From Narcine bancroftii (taxonomy: Eukaryota), in the NCBI RefSeq assembly GCF_036971445.1, contig NC_091471.1, positions 200,694,001 to 200,758,000 of the forward strand: a stretch of DNA of 64,000 nucleotides, written 5' to 3'. This document shows positions 25,170 to 37,998 of this stretch, piece by piece. Position numbers and translations under genes: made by a program. The notes below the pieces were generated by a model that did no database searches, was not told where the DNA came from, and worked only from the letters and a program-made list of their open reading frames with translations. Position 1 is the first letter of the stretch; each line of letters begins with the position of its first letter.

Positions 25170-25580
25170 CTGGAGACACAAGAGACTGCAGATGCTGGAA
25201 TCTGGAGTAAAAAAAAACAAATTGTGGGAAGGATTCAGCAGGTTAAGCAGCACTTGTGGAGCTAAAGGGATGATCAACATTTCAGGCCAAAACCTTGCAC
25301 TTGAGGTGAGAAAGTGAGAAGGTGTAGAGGTGTGAAAGAGGCTGCTAGGTGAAATGTGAAACCAGATGAAGAGGTAGAGGAAATTATGAGCAAACGGAGC
25401 CAGGTGGGGAAGGGGCAGTGAGAAGAAAGTGGCTGACGGGCGATAGATGGAATCAGATAAGGGATAGATGATGTGCAGGCAGAACCAGGTGAAGGAGGGG
25501 GATAGGATAGGGGGAAAAAAAATCAAGAAATCCAGGTCAATAGGTATGTGAGTGAAGAAGAAATAAATAAGTGGAGATAG
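25170..25580 (-). mobile_element. Penelope-associated terminal repeat fragment
   Basis: ctgcagatgctggaatc...cagcaggttaagcagca...aacatttcaggcc motif followed by a purine-rich tract; the same motif recurs near 17215 and 39660. Confidence 0.5.
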
Positions 25581-25675
25581 AATGTGATGTGAAATAACAA
25601 TGTATTTACTCTATTTAATAAAATTACAATAGCATCCATCTAACTTCAATGATATAAACAAAATAATAATTAACT

Positions 25676-26460
25676 CTCTTGCACAGTGAACATAGATTCT
25701 GAGGTCAACAACAAGATTGCCAAAGCCAGCGCCACCTTTGGGAGACTCTGTGAGAATGTCTGGGAGCAGAGAGGACTCAACCTTACCCCCAAGCTGAAGG
25801 TCTACTGTGCAGTGTTCCTTACCACACTCCTTTACACCAACGAGACATGGACTGTCTAGAGCAGACAAGCCAAACAGCTCAATCACTTTCCCCTGAGCTG
25901 TCTCTGCAGACTCCTCCACATCAGGTGGCAGGACAAAATCCCCGACACGGAAATCCTGGAATGAGCTGGGCTCTGCAGCATCTACACCCTCCTGCTGAAA
26001 GGCCAAGCCAGATGGGCTGGACATTTGGTTGGAATGCCAGACAGCTGATTGCCTAAGCAGCTGCTTTACGGGGAACTGTGTCAGGGCAAGCGCTCAGTCG
26101 GGGGGGCAGAAGAAACATTGCAAAGACTGCCTCAAAGCATCCTTCAAAGGCCTGGGTGTCTACATCAACACGTTGAAGACAGTTGCCCTCGACCGTCCAG
26201 CTTGGCGCAGCAAGATCACCACAGGACCCTGTGCAGCTGAAGTCAGGCATATCACCGAGGCTCAACAAAAGTGTGCTATCCGCAAGGCCTGAGCAGCATC
26301 CACTGCCACGACAGCACCCAACCACTTGTTTCCCACATGTGGGCAAGCCTTCAGGGCCTGGATTGGCCTCACTAGTCACTTCCGAACCCACAGCCACCAA
26401 TCTCCCATTTGATTTTGAAGTCATGGTCATCTTCGACTGCGAAGGACAAACAACAACAAT
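25676..26460 (+). mobile_element. RTE-clade LINE, 5'-truncated, (ACA)n tail
   Basis: IDSEVNNKIAKASATFGRL, LPKQLLYGEL and DRPAWRSKI motifs; tail ACAAACAACAACAAT; imperfect TSD AATTAACT/AATTAAAT. Confidence 0.85.
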
Positions 26461-26759
26461 TAAATGAGCATGATCAGGAAGAAAAAAACAGAATTAGAGC
26501 CCAATTACCTAATATCTGTCTTAGAATTCTCAGCTAAGGCACTAATAAAAGGGTCTCTAGAAAATAAGAATACAGATGCCTAACCTTTTATCCGGGATCG
26601 TCAGGACTGGACACCTGCTGTTGCTTGGAGTCTTCCAGATTTCCGAATCATTTTAAAATGGCAGTCCCTTTAAACAAATGTCCCTATCACTGTGGGAACC
26701 CTCTCTTACCTTCAAACTCTGAGCCCTGAACACCCGGTGGGAGAGAATATGGGATCAAT

Positions 26760-28195
26760 AGCCGTCTTCCCTACCCAAGGTGTCAGGCCCTAATGGCATA
26801 TCTGTCAAAGTACTGAAAATCTGTGCCAAACAACTAGCCGGAGTGTTCAAGGACATTTTCAATCTCTCCTTGCTGCATTCGGAAGTTTCCACCTGCTTCA
26901 AAAGGGCACCAAACATCCTGGTGCACAAGAAGAGTAGAGTGAGCTGCCTCAACGACTATCACCCAGTTTCACTCACATCTACAGTGATGAAAGGCTTTGA
27001 GAGATTGGTCATGGCCAGAATTAACATTTTTTTAATTAAAGAACTGGACCTACTACAATTAGCCTGCTGTCAAAATCACTCCACAGTAGACAGAAGATCA
27101 CTGGTTCTCCACTCAGCTCTGGATCGCCTGAAAACACATGCATATGGCTGCTCTTCATCAACTACAGCTCAGCCTTCAACACCATTATTCCCACAGTGCA
27201 GGTCAACAAGCTCAAATTCTTGGGGCCCTGCACCTCCCTTTGCAACTAGTTCCTTGACTTGCTCATTGGAAGGCCGCAGTCAGTATGAATTGGAAACAAT
27301 GTCTCCTCCTCACTGATGATGAACACCTCAAGGATGCATGGTTAGCCCACCGTTCTACTCAGCCTACACCCAAGACTGTGCGGCTAAGCACAATTCAAAT
27401 GCTGCTTATAAATTTACCAATGAATCACAGAAGGCAATGAGGTTGTGAACAGGAGGGAGACAGATCAATTAGTTGAGTGGAGTTACAACAATGTTATCAA
27501 AACCAAGGAGATAATTGAAGACTTCAGGAGGAAATCAGAACATGAATCAGTCCTCATCGAGGGGTTAGCAGTGGAGAGGGACAAGAACTTCAAATTCCTG
27601 GGTGTCAACATCTCCAAGGATCTGTCCTGGAGCCTCCATATCGATGGAATAATGAAGAAGGCTCGCCAGCAGCTATACTTTGTGAAGAGTTTGAGGAGAT
27701 TCAGTCTGTCACCAAAGACTCTCAAAAACTTCTACAGGTGTACCATGGAGAGCATTCTGGCTGGTTGCATCACTGCCTGGTACGGAGGTGCTAATCTTCA
27801 GGACAATAAAAAACTCCAAAGGATCATTAATTCTGCCTGCGACATCGTGGGCACCAGGCTTCACCCCATCGAGGGCATCTACAAGAGGTGGTATCTTAAG
27901 AAAGCAGGCTCTATCCTCAAGGACCCCCACCACCCTCTTCACTCTGCTGCCATCAGAAAAAAGGTACAGGAGCCCACAGATGAGGACTCAGCGGCACAAG
28001 AACAGCTTCTACCCCTCTGCCATCAGATTCCTGAATGAACAAAGAACCACAGATACTGCCTGTCTTTGACATTTTCCTTTTATGTGCACTATTTTTATTT
28101 ATTTTGTAAGGTGGTTTATATAAATTTTGCACCATGACGCTGCTGCAAAGCAATGAATTTTGTGACCTGTTCATGATAATAAATTCTGATTCCGA
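26760..28195 (+). mobile_element. Rex1/Babar LINE, 5'-truncated
   Basis: GPNGISVKVLKICAKQLAGVFKDIFNLSL...LNDYHPVSLTSTVMK; FKFLGVNIS...KARQQLYF; ATTCTGATTC tail. Confidence 0.88.
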
Positions 28196-29249
28196 TATAC
28201 CAAAGTCTGTTGGAGAAAAGTAAGTACTTATTGAGTGGTGGGTAATAAACCAGGTGCTGTCCGTGCGTTGTTAGCATGTTGTCTCTGTGATTGCTCATGT
28301 TTTCTTCCACATGCTAATGATGTGCTGGCAACTGTAAATTACTTCTCCAGTAATAAGCCTTGCCCATGTGAGAGTGAAAAAGAGGCAGTGAAATAGTGTG
28401 GGACTTGCAGGCATGGCAGCACCAAATCTCTGATGCTTCCAACAAATATGTTGCTTCTACCATGTCCTCCACCACCACGATTCCAACCAAGTCGGAAGGA
28501 GTTCATGAGAAGGTGCTGGTGCTTCACAAGGTCCAGTCAACAGTTGTCCTAATTTCATTTGCTCCTGTTGACTGGGGGAAAGAAGCCAATCCTATCTTCA
28601 ATGCAGAGGTCGTGGTCATAATGAGGTTGGCATGATCGAGAGTGGACATTGGAAAGACACTAGTTTGGTGCGGACTAGAAGGGCCAAATGGCCTGTTTCC
28701 GTGCTGTAATTGTTATATGGTTATATGGATGGAATGGATTAAATGGCTACCTCTTGCGTCGTGGAAAGAAATTGATTAAAAGTTTTTTAAAAATAGCAGG
28801 GATATTTTCCGATTTGCAGATTGGTACCAGGTGGGTATCATTACTGGGCCTTCAGTTATTCACAATTTATATCAATAATTGAAATAACATGAACATGTAA
28901 TCATTGGTTGAAGTTGCAATGCCAGTAATGAATGTGAGCAATGAACAGAGCATTATAATGAAAGAGCTTTCATTTCGCTCCTCATGTTCAAAGTATTTTT
29001 TTCCCAAAGTAATCTTAATAAACCACCATTCACACTCCATGGACCACTCATCTTTTCCAAAGTAATGATCAAAAGATGTAAACAATATTATAGTTTCAAC
29101 CTAAACAATAATGTACATGTGTTCAGCACAACTCTGCTGTTTTTCTAGACAATGACCCTATTTTTACTCCCTGTATTCTAATTATTCATGAAATGGGAAA
29201 AAAAATGGAAATGTAACCTTACATGCATTTATGCTCTTTAATCTAACAT

Positions 29250-29770
29250 ATCCATCTTGAGATGTTTTCCTTCTTCAAAGAACGTGGCTTCCCTTCCATC
29301 ACCATCAACTCCGCCCTTACCTACATCTCCTCCATTTTCCATACATCTGCCCTGGCTCCCTCTGCCCCGAGATGGAACAAGAACAGGATTCCCCACCAGC
29401 CTCTGCATCCAACATATTATTCTGCAAAATTTCCATTACCTATGACATGATCCTCCCTCGTCCACTCATTCCTTCCCAATAATCGCCTTCTTCCCCTGTG
29501 ACTATAGGAAGTGCCTCACTTGTGCCCACACCTCCTCCCTCACCATCATTCGGTGCCCCAAGCAGTCCTTCCAAGTGAAGCAACACATCACTTGTGAATC
29601 TGCAAGTGTCATCTACTGCATCTGGTGCTTCTGTTGTGTCCTTCTCTACATTGGACTGACTCGACGCAGACTGGGAAATCACTTCGCTGAGCACCTTTGC
29701 TCTGTCTGCAACAATGACAGAGATCACCCACTGACCAACCATTTTAATTTTGCGCTCCACTCCCGTGCCT
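29250..29770 (+). mobile_element. Penelope-like element, GIY-YIG endonuclease fragment
   Basis: MFSFFKERGFP... and FQVKQHITCESASVIYCIWC..C.LLYIGLTRRRLGNHFAEH. Confidence 0.85.
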
Positions 29771-29799
29771 CATCCAGCTTGGAGAATTTTTCTTTTTTT

Positions 29800-30060
29800 T
29801 GAGGATCGTGGTGATTGTCAAGTGCGACGTGCCTAAATTGAGAGCAAAAGCATTCACTGTTTATTCACCTTTGTGTTGTTTAATAACCTTTTGTTTCACT
29901 TCCAAATCAACATTACTTCTTTGCCTCTTCCTGCTGCTGTCACTAGCACCGATTTTCCTGCTTTTTGGAGCCATGATAGATAGAAAGTAAGTATCGTACC
30001 TACACACGTAAGCTTTTGTATACAAAAGACATGAGATATACATGATGCATGCGGAAAGGC
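29800..30060 (-). mobile_element. Tigger/pogo transposase 5' fragment
   Basis: MAPKSRKIGASDSSRKRQRSNVDLEVKQKVIKQHKGE resembles the CENP-B/psq N-terminal HTH start; truncated. Confidence 0.65.
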
Positions 30061-30539
30061 GGTACTTTCATCTGGTTCTCCAATTGGGATTTCTGAACTC
30101 TATTATAACCTTATAGGTCCACGGACAATGGATGTATATGCGGTCAGACGTTGCCTGAATGGACATTGAATGGCACATAGCTATACTCTGTTTGACGTGC
30201 TGAGTTCCTCAATCACTGTGTCTGTAGACTTTCGTGTTTCAAGTCCATCTTGATTTTTAAATTCAAAGTAAAACTCTTCTCATCAAGCTTCAATGTGTCT
30301 CCACCCCACCCTCAATTTTCTCCCTTATGTTTACCAAGCTTTCCCTTAAGCACGTGAATTACCCTGTGGAGGAAAGTTCCATGTATTTTTTAGATGTACT
30401 ACATGAAACTGCATAGATTGCACAATGCAGAAATGGGTCAATTGCTTCAAATGGTCCACTGAAATAACCAGACTTTGTGTAGTTATGATCAACCAGCCAC
30501 ACAAAATATATAATTAAGCTGAAAAGAGTTACAAGGACA

Positions 30540-30945
30540 CACTAGAAAGGCTGGGACTTTTCTCCCTAGAGCATCAAAGGGTGAGGGGAGATTAGAAGAA
30601 GCATAGAAAATCATGAAGGATATAGCCTTTTTCCATGGTTGGTGAACCCAACACAAAGCATAAAATTAAGGTGAGAGTGGAAAAAATTTGAAAGGAACCT
30701 GAAGGGCACCTTCATCTGAGAGAGGACAGGTAGGTCTGTGGAATAAGCTGCCAACAGAAGCAGTAGAGGAGGGGACAATTGTATATTCAATTATTAAAGA
30801 CATTTGGGACATGGATAAGAAAAGTTTCGAGGGATATGGGCCAAATGCAGGCAAATGGGGCCAGATGAGGTAGACAACATGGTCAGATGGACAAGTTGGG
30901 CCAAAGGGCCTGTTGTTTTTTTGTTCTACAATGATACAACTCTGA
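30540..30945 (+). mobile_element. CR1 LINE 3' end
   Basis: LGLFSLE..R.RG..., followed by a ggatatgggccaaatgcaggcaaatgg-type 3' UTR. Confidence 0.7.
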
Positions 30946-32313
30946 AAGAATAATTGAAAATCAATAAAGATATAGAACAAATTCAGTCCTACATAAAGTT
31001 TCATTGGTAATGCTTGCATGCAAGCTCCCAATTGTAATGGAATTATAGTTTGTGTACAGAGGTACATTTTTACTCGGAACACAGAGAAATACTTGGCATT
31101 TCCTGAAAAGTTGAGATAAAGCGTTTTGTGCCTCCTCAACTTTTGAATATAAACATTGAGGCCAAATGAGACAAAAGTTAATGAAATCTAAGCTTGGTGA
31201 AGTCAGAGATGATGAAGCATGCATGGAGAAAGAAACAAAATTACAAGAGATTAGAAGCCAAAGTAAATGCTACTTGATAGAGTGCAAAAAGAAATGAAGG
31301 TATGTTGACCCCTCATAAATTATTGCTTTAGCTCAATTTGGGTGTTGCAAATGTGTGAAGGATTTGGATGTAGATGAGGTTTACTATAAATTACAAGGAA
31401 AAAAGAGCAGGAAGTTATGCAGATCATCTAAAGAAGCTGATATTATTTTCCTTGCAGTAACAATCATACTGTTGAATTTTGATTTGTTGAAACAGGAAGC
31501 TGTCGACAATAGCTGTATTCAAAGCCTAGCACTAAAGATAAAAGCATAATGGCCTAGATATTCGGTCATGCATCACTATTTACTTCACTGCTACGCAAAT
31601 GAAAATGTTCTCCCTCCAGAGTGAAAATTGATAATGACGATTTCCAGGTCACTTGTGGAAATTCAGTCAGGCATTTTTCAAATCATGCATTGCAACAGTA
31701 TGATGCAAGAGAGGCTTTCAGCTATTGAGATCATACTGGCTCACTCTATATTAAACCAATCAGTCTCATTCTTCTAATATAGGTATCCAACAAATGCATT
31801 TGCCTCAACAGTCCATTAATTTTCTTTAGAAATCATTAATTATCTCATCGCCCACAAACCCTGTGGGCAGCAAGCTCCAGGTCATTACCACTCACTGCGT
31901 CAAAAAATTCTTGTTCACAATACTCATTATCTCTTGACCAAAACATTAATCCATGATCTTTAACCCAATATATCATCAGCTTTTGTTGTTCTGCCTTAAT
32001 GTTAACCTGCCATCATCTTTTTCACCTTCATCAACTCTCCCCTCAACTTTCTTTGTTCTAAAGTTAAATCTAATCTTGTACCTTAAATCAATCACCCCGA
32101 AACCTTTCTGGAAAATCTCCTCAGCACTTTTTCAAAGACATTCACATCCTTCCTAAAGTACGGTGACCAAATTTGGCATTCAAACCCCAGCTGTAGTCTA
32201 ACCATTGTTGTATAAAAGTTCAGCAAAATGACTCTATTTATAGTTTCTCGAATACCTTTACATACAAAAGATACAAACCATATATATCCTATGTATTTTG
32301 CAAATCATCCTCT

Positions 32314-32682
32314 TGTGGCGGCCCGCAATTGCGGAGATCAGGCCGACACATCGCGCAGCAGCAGATGCTGACAGAGATTGCTAAAGCGACTCCCAGGACA
32401 ACGAACCAGCGGGGGTAGAAGCTGGGGCAGCATCAGTCCAACAGCCCTAAAATGGCATTGGTCAAGCTGTCCAGCGAACTCACCAGAAACAGACTGGGGA
32501 AGAAGGACATTCATATGCGTGGACGTTCCCACCCGCTATTGTTATTCATATGGATGACTCAGTCAATCAGCAAAAATGGCGGGAACTTAAACAGTATAAA
32601 AGCAGCCTTTCCAGCCCTAATAAAGGAGTGAACTTAACCTGCCACACTGTGCTAGTGTGTTTCTTTGTAGCGGTCAGCTACA
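32314..32682 (+). mobile_element. Solo LTR (369 bp) of the Gypsy family at 11374-15613
   Basis: TGTGGCGGCC...GCTACA; perfect TSD CTCT; TATAAAA and AATAAA present; collinear with 15245-15613. Confidence 0.95.
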
Positions 32683-32746
32683 CTCTCACATATCCTGCCA
32701 TCTTCTTTGATCCATTCACGTGAAACCCTTCCTCCAATACTTAAGT

Positions 32747-32955
32747 CAGCCATTCTCCAATGGGGCCATACAATTCCACTTGGGGCCACAGAATATTTAA
32801 GGGCTATGGATTAAAAATCATAGAATATTTTTTAATGCTTTTTCTGTAGTCAGGAAGAGAGAATTATGGAAGAAACCAACAAAATGACTACTTCACAGGG
32901 ACTTTGAGCAGAGTCCTATGGGGGCCATAGCCAAAAGAACAGCTGAGAATGGCTC
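32747..32955. mobile_element. hAT-type MITE (same family as 15965)
   Basis: Termini CAGCCATTCTC...GAGAATGGCT. Confidence 0.65.
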
Positions 32956-33364
32956 GTTTATCAAATCAGATGCTATTTATTGAAATATAATAAAACAGAA
33001 ATGTAATGACACAAAATGCCTTTAGTCCACTTTAAGGCAAAGATTCGCTATTTGCATTGCCCAGCACCCATTATAGTCAGAGAAGTAGAAGCAAAAGAGA
33101 GTCCCCACAGAGTCACTGAGTGTTTTTGATCACTTATCTTCACATAATCTGCTGCTTAAAGCATTTCAGGGCTCTAGTCTGACACATGTCCAGCAAGAAG
33201 AGCAGAGGTCATCAGAGTAAATCAGTTTTTAACAGAGATTCGTATAGCTGCATGGATAGGACAGCCAAATATAGCAAAATGCAATTAGAATGGATAGATA
33301 TCTCAGTCAATATGGACACAATGGGCCAAAGTGTTCTATTTTTGTGCTGTATGATTCTGTGACA

Positions 33365-35090
33365 GATTTCAAGTCAAGTTTATTGTCATTTGATTGTACA
33401 AGTACAACCCAATGAAACAGCATTCTCCAGTCCTCGTTGCAAACCACACATTCAACCAGATATTACATATATACAGACAATTAATGCATATGCGAGACAA
33501 GTATTTCATCTATAAAAATAAATAAATATTTTTTCATGACTATGAGAGTCTCGGATGATCAGTGTGAGTAGTCCCTTTGGTTATTCGACATTCTCACTGA
33601 CCATGGGAAGAAGCTGCTCTTCAGCCTGGTGGTGCTGGCTCTGATATTCTTCTATCTCTTTCCCTAAGGGAGCAGTTGAAAAATACCGTGTACAGGGTTG
33701 AAAAGGTCCTCAATGATTTTGCACGTCCTCTTCAGACAACAATCCCGGTAAGATCACATTGATGGTTGATCTCCATCGACATGATCTATTAACATCGACA
33801 AACTCCTTTGATTCTTTCTGTCACCCTTATGGTCCTGTGGTTGACCTATGATCCATTTCTCTGCAGCAACCGAACCACACTGTGATGCAGCCGGCCAGGA
33901 TGCTCTCGATAGAGTTCCGATAGAATGTTGACATAATGGTGGCCAATAGCCTGCCCGCTTTAGTCTTCTCAGGAAGTTCGGTCAGTGTTGTGCCTTCCTG
34001 ACAGGTGAAGAGATGTTGAGTGTCCAGGATAAGTCATTAGTTAAGTAAACTCCAAAGAACTTAGTGCTCTCCACACTCTCTTCTACAGAATTGTTGATGT
34101 CAAGATTCAATATTCAATTTATTGTCATGTAATAAAAACAATGCAATATTACACAAAATTCGCTTTAGTCTGCCGTAAGGCAGAAATTGCCTGAGCACCT
34201 TATACAGTCAGAGAACGAGAAGCAAAAGTGAGTCCCCTCAGTCACTAAATGTCCATGGATTCACCTCTAGTGCTTCTGCAGCCGGACAGAGCCAGTGCAA
34301 ACCATCAGCAACAAGAGCTCTAGATTGAACCTCTGACATGATCACCATTCAGGACTGTCTCGCATCTCAGATCCAATATCTGGTGTCACTTCAGCTAGTC
34401 TTGAGCCAGTCTCTAGCTGTCTGCCGCCTGGTATGAATCCTTTGGCTGCAGTCACCAGCTGCCCATAGCCTGTGTGGATTCCTTGCCTTGAGTCTCCAAC
34501 AGCCCACCACACATGCTTCATCTACCTTGGTCACTGCCCTGTGGGGTCGTCTCCACTGCTTCTACTTCCCAAATGTGGGGGAGGGAGTTGGTGTTCCCAT
34601 TTTCTAGTGTCCTGTGCCAGTCCTCTGCTTCCCAAGAGTCTGCAACCCCTTGTGGCTGCTCCCTCTTATAGGTGCTGCCATCTTGGGCACAGACCCTGCA
34701 TTCACAACATATGTCGTCCCCATTTACAGGCCATTTAAAGTCTGTACAGATCTGATGGCTGTAGGACTGGGTGGATGGACTCTGCAGGAGTGCTGTGTCT
34801 CTGCTCCCTGCTCTCTGCGGGTCTGTATCAGCGGTACCATTGGTGTTACAGCAGCTTCGCCATCTTGATGTGTAGTGGAGGGTGGCTATTCCTGGTCCTC
34901 CTGAAGTTCACGATCATATCCTTCATCTTGTCCATGTTGAGACTCAGGTTGTTACTCTTGTACCATTTCTTGAGATTTCTCACCTCTTCTCTATAATGCA
35001 ACTCACATGTTGTTGATAAAGTCAACCACTATTGTGACATCTGCAAACTTGATGACACTGTTTGATCTGGATCTTACGATGAAATTGTAA
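33365..35090 (-). mobile_element. Rex1/Babar-related LINE 3' portion, interrupted at 34101-34864
   Basis: SVIKFAD motif and 3' region shared with 52740-53560. Confidence 0.75.
34101..34864 (-). mobile_element. Non-coding, non-autonomous retroposon (no tRNA head), TSD TTGATGT
   Basis: TTGATGT at 34094-34100 and 34865-34871; 5' end (CAA)GATGGCG; 3' AATAAA plus TTGAA-repeat tail. Confidence 0.65.
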
Positions 35091-35652
35091 CATGAGGAGG
35101 TTGACTACCTGTAAAGTGATATCAGTTATAATGTGTGGTGAACTTGGAGTGATGTGAACCTGACCTGATATTTTGAACAGCCATCATAAAGGATTCCATG
35201 GATGAGTAAACAGGAGAACAACATGAAATGCCCTCCAATCCTCCAAAACCTCACCCGTAGCTAAGGACATTTCAAATATTTCTGCCATTTCACAAACGAT
35301 ACTATAGCCTTGTCTCCACTCTGTCTGACCCACTTGGAGAACAAGGTCTCATACGCCAGGCTACTGTTCATTGACTTCAGCTCAGTATTTAATACAATCA
35401 TTTCCCAGGGGCTGGTGGAGAAGCTGTCCTCACTGCAACTCAACACCCATCTCTGTAACTAGATTCTGGACTTCCTAAAGGAAAGATCATGGCCTGTGAA
35501 TGTCCATGCTGAGCCCTATCATTGAAAGAGCCAATTTCCAACTGTGACATCCCACCAGTCTGGGATAAGTAGTGGTGAAACACAGGCTTTGCCTGAGAAA
35601 ATATGGTGTCGAGAAAACCTAACATTCTATGAAGAGTACAATCCATTTAAAC

Positions 35653-35780
35653 CAGTGGTTTTCAAACATTTTCTTTCCACTCACATCCCACCTTAAGTAA
35701 TCCATGTCCTAGTTGCTGTGATTAGTAAGAGTTTACTTAAAGTGGGATGTAAGTGGAAAGAATATGCTTAAAAACCACTG
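35653..35780. mobile_element. hAT MITE, 128 bp, largely palindromic
   Basis: CAGTGGTTTT...AAAACCACTG TIRs; perfect 8-bp TSD ATTTAAAC. Confidence 0.9.
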
Positions 35781-36299
35781 ATTTAAACTTTTGAAAGAGC
35801 AGGACAACAAAGGTAAGCAAATCTATTATGCCCTGGTGGAATTACTATCATAAAAGCTTTCAGTTCCCATGACCAACTTCCATAACATTCAAGAGCTTAT
35901 GAACCTGAGAGGCTAATTACATCCAGAGTGATGGAGATCAATCTTTTGCAACCTTGAATTTATGGACAAGTAAGTACTTATTTGATGCAATTGTAACATT
36001 GAGGGGAGTTTGTCTCTAATTAATGATTAAACCGTTCAATTTTGAGGGTTGGTGAAGGGAGTGCTTTTGATGTTGTCTACATAAATTTAAGACAGGCTTT
36101 TGACAAAACAGTAAAAGCCCATTGGTGTTGTAAATTGGATCCAAAACCAGCTTTGTATCAGGAAGTATGAGGTCATGGCGGATAGTGTTTAGCTATTCAG
36201 AGGGCTCTACAAGGGAAATTCAATGGAGGAGATATACAGTACATGCATTTAGATCGATAGAAGAAAATGTGCATGAACTTGTATTGACAAGGTCTAAAT

Positions 36300-37520
36300 T
36301 GTAGTTTTCTTAGTGAAGATCATGTCTCACAAAAAATATGGTTGAGTTTCTTTGAAGATGTGACCAGAAGCATTGACGAGGGTAGAGCTACTGACATTGC
36401 GTATATGAATTTCAGCAAAGATGCTCTGGAAGGTTAGATCAAATGGGATCCAAGAGATAGCTGAATGGATAGAAAAATGGCTTCAGAAGAAAGCAGAAGG
36501 TGATAGTGGAAGGTTGTTTTGTTTGGACTGGAGGCCTGTGACTAATGGTATGGCTTCAGGGTACATTGGTGGGCCCATTGCTGTGTCATCCATATTAATT
36601 ATTTAGATGAAAACGCACAAGGAATTATTAGCAAGTTTGCAGGCGATACTAAAGAATTCTACAGATGCTGAAGATGGTCGCCAAAAATTGCAGCAGGATC
36701 TTGTTCAATTGGGCACAAGGGCAGAGTAATGGTTGACAGAATTTAATGTAGAAAAATGTGAGGTAGAGCATTTTTGGAAGTATAACATGGGTAGGACTTA
36801 CACAATTAATGGTAGAGTTCTCGGGTGTATTGTAGAGCCAAGTGATCAAGAAGTACAGGTGCATAGCAACTTGATAGCATCACAGGTAGATAGGGTGGTC
36901 AAAAAGGCTTTCAGCACATTGGCCATCATCAGTCAGAGTATTGAGTACAGAAATTGGGAGGCCTTGTTACAGTTGTGTAAGACATTGGTGAGGCCATATT
37001 TGGAGTACTGTGTTCAGGTTGTCACCAGGGAATAGGAAAGATGTTATCAAGTTAGAGAAGGCGAAGAGAAAATGTATTAGGAAGTCTCGAGGACTCGCAG
37101 GACTGAACTAAAGAGAGAGCTTGAGCAGGCTCAAGGGAAGGAGGATTGGGGTGATCTCAGAGGTGTACAAAGAGAGGAATATATCGGGTGAACGCACAGT
37201 CTTTTGCAAAGTTGGGAGAATTAAGAACCAGTGGACATAGGTTTAAGTGGAGTGGGAAGAAAAATTTAATCGGGAGTTGAGGGGAAATGTTTTTTTAAAC
37301 ATAGGGTGGTGGGTATATTGAAAAAGCTGCTGGAGAAGGTAGTTGAGATAGGTACTATTGCAGTATTTAAGAAACATTTGGGCTGATACACCCTAGGAAT
37401 AGGTTTAGAGGAATATGGGCTAAGCACAGACAGGTAGGACGAGTGTGGATGGGACATTTTGGTTAGTGTGGGCAGACTGGGCTCAAGGGCCCATTTCCAC
37501 ACTGTATGACTATATGATTC
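36300..37520 (+). mobile_element. CR1 LINE RT and 3' end
   Basis: SKFAGDTK, FNVEKCEVEHF and KTLVRPYLEYCVQ motifs; ends in a ctgtatgactatatga tail. Confidence 0.85.
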
Positions 37521-37998
37521 AGTATTCAGTCCTTTCCTGCTCATAATAAAAATATATTTTTAAATATACAAGTATGATGACAGAGGATTTCATTGATAAC
37601 ACAAAAATTGACCATATAGTTGACATTAAGGAGGAAAATATAGACTGTAGAAGAATATTATGAAAGAAAAATTAAATTGGCCACTTGGTTCCCAGTGAGA
37701 CTGAAGATGATTGATGGATTGGCCAATTTGGCAGAAATGTAACAAATAGAATCAATCCAGACATGTGATGTAATGTATTTGGGAAGGTGCAACGATTCAA
37801 AAATCTAATATATACTTCTGTTTGTTTGTCTGTTCTCCGTGCAAATCAATATGGAGCACTCTAGAAATCTCCAAGGAGGTTCAGTAAGGGCAACTTTTGA
37901 CACTGAATGTCATGACCACATTTAAGGTCATATGAAGTTCCAAAGTGTTTTTTGACCAGCTTGTACTGACTTGTATTATTACTGTTTATTATATAGTA

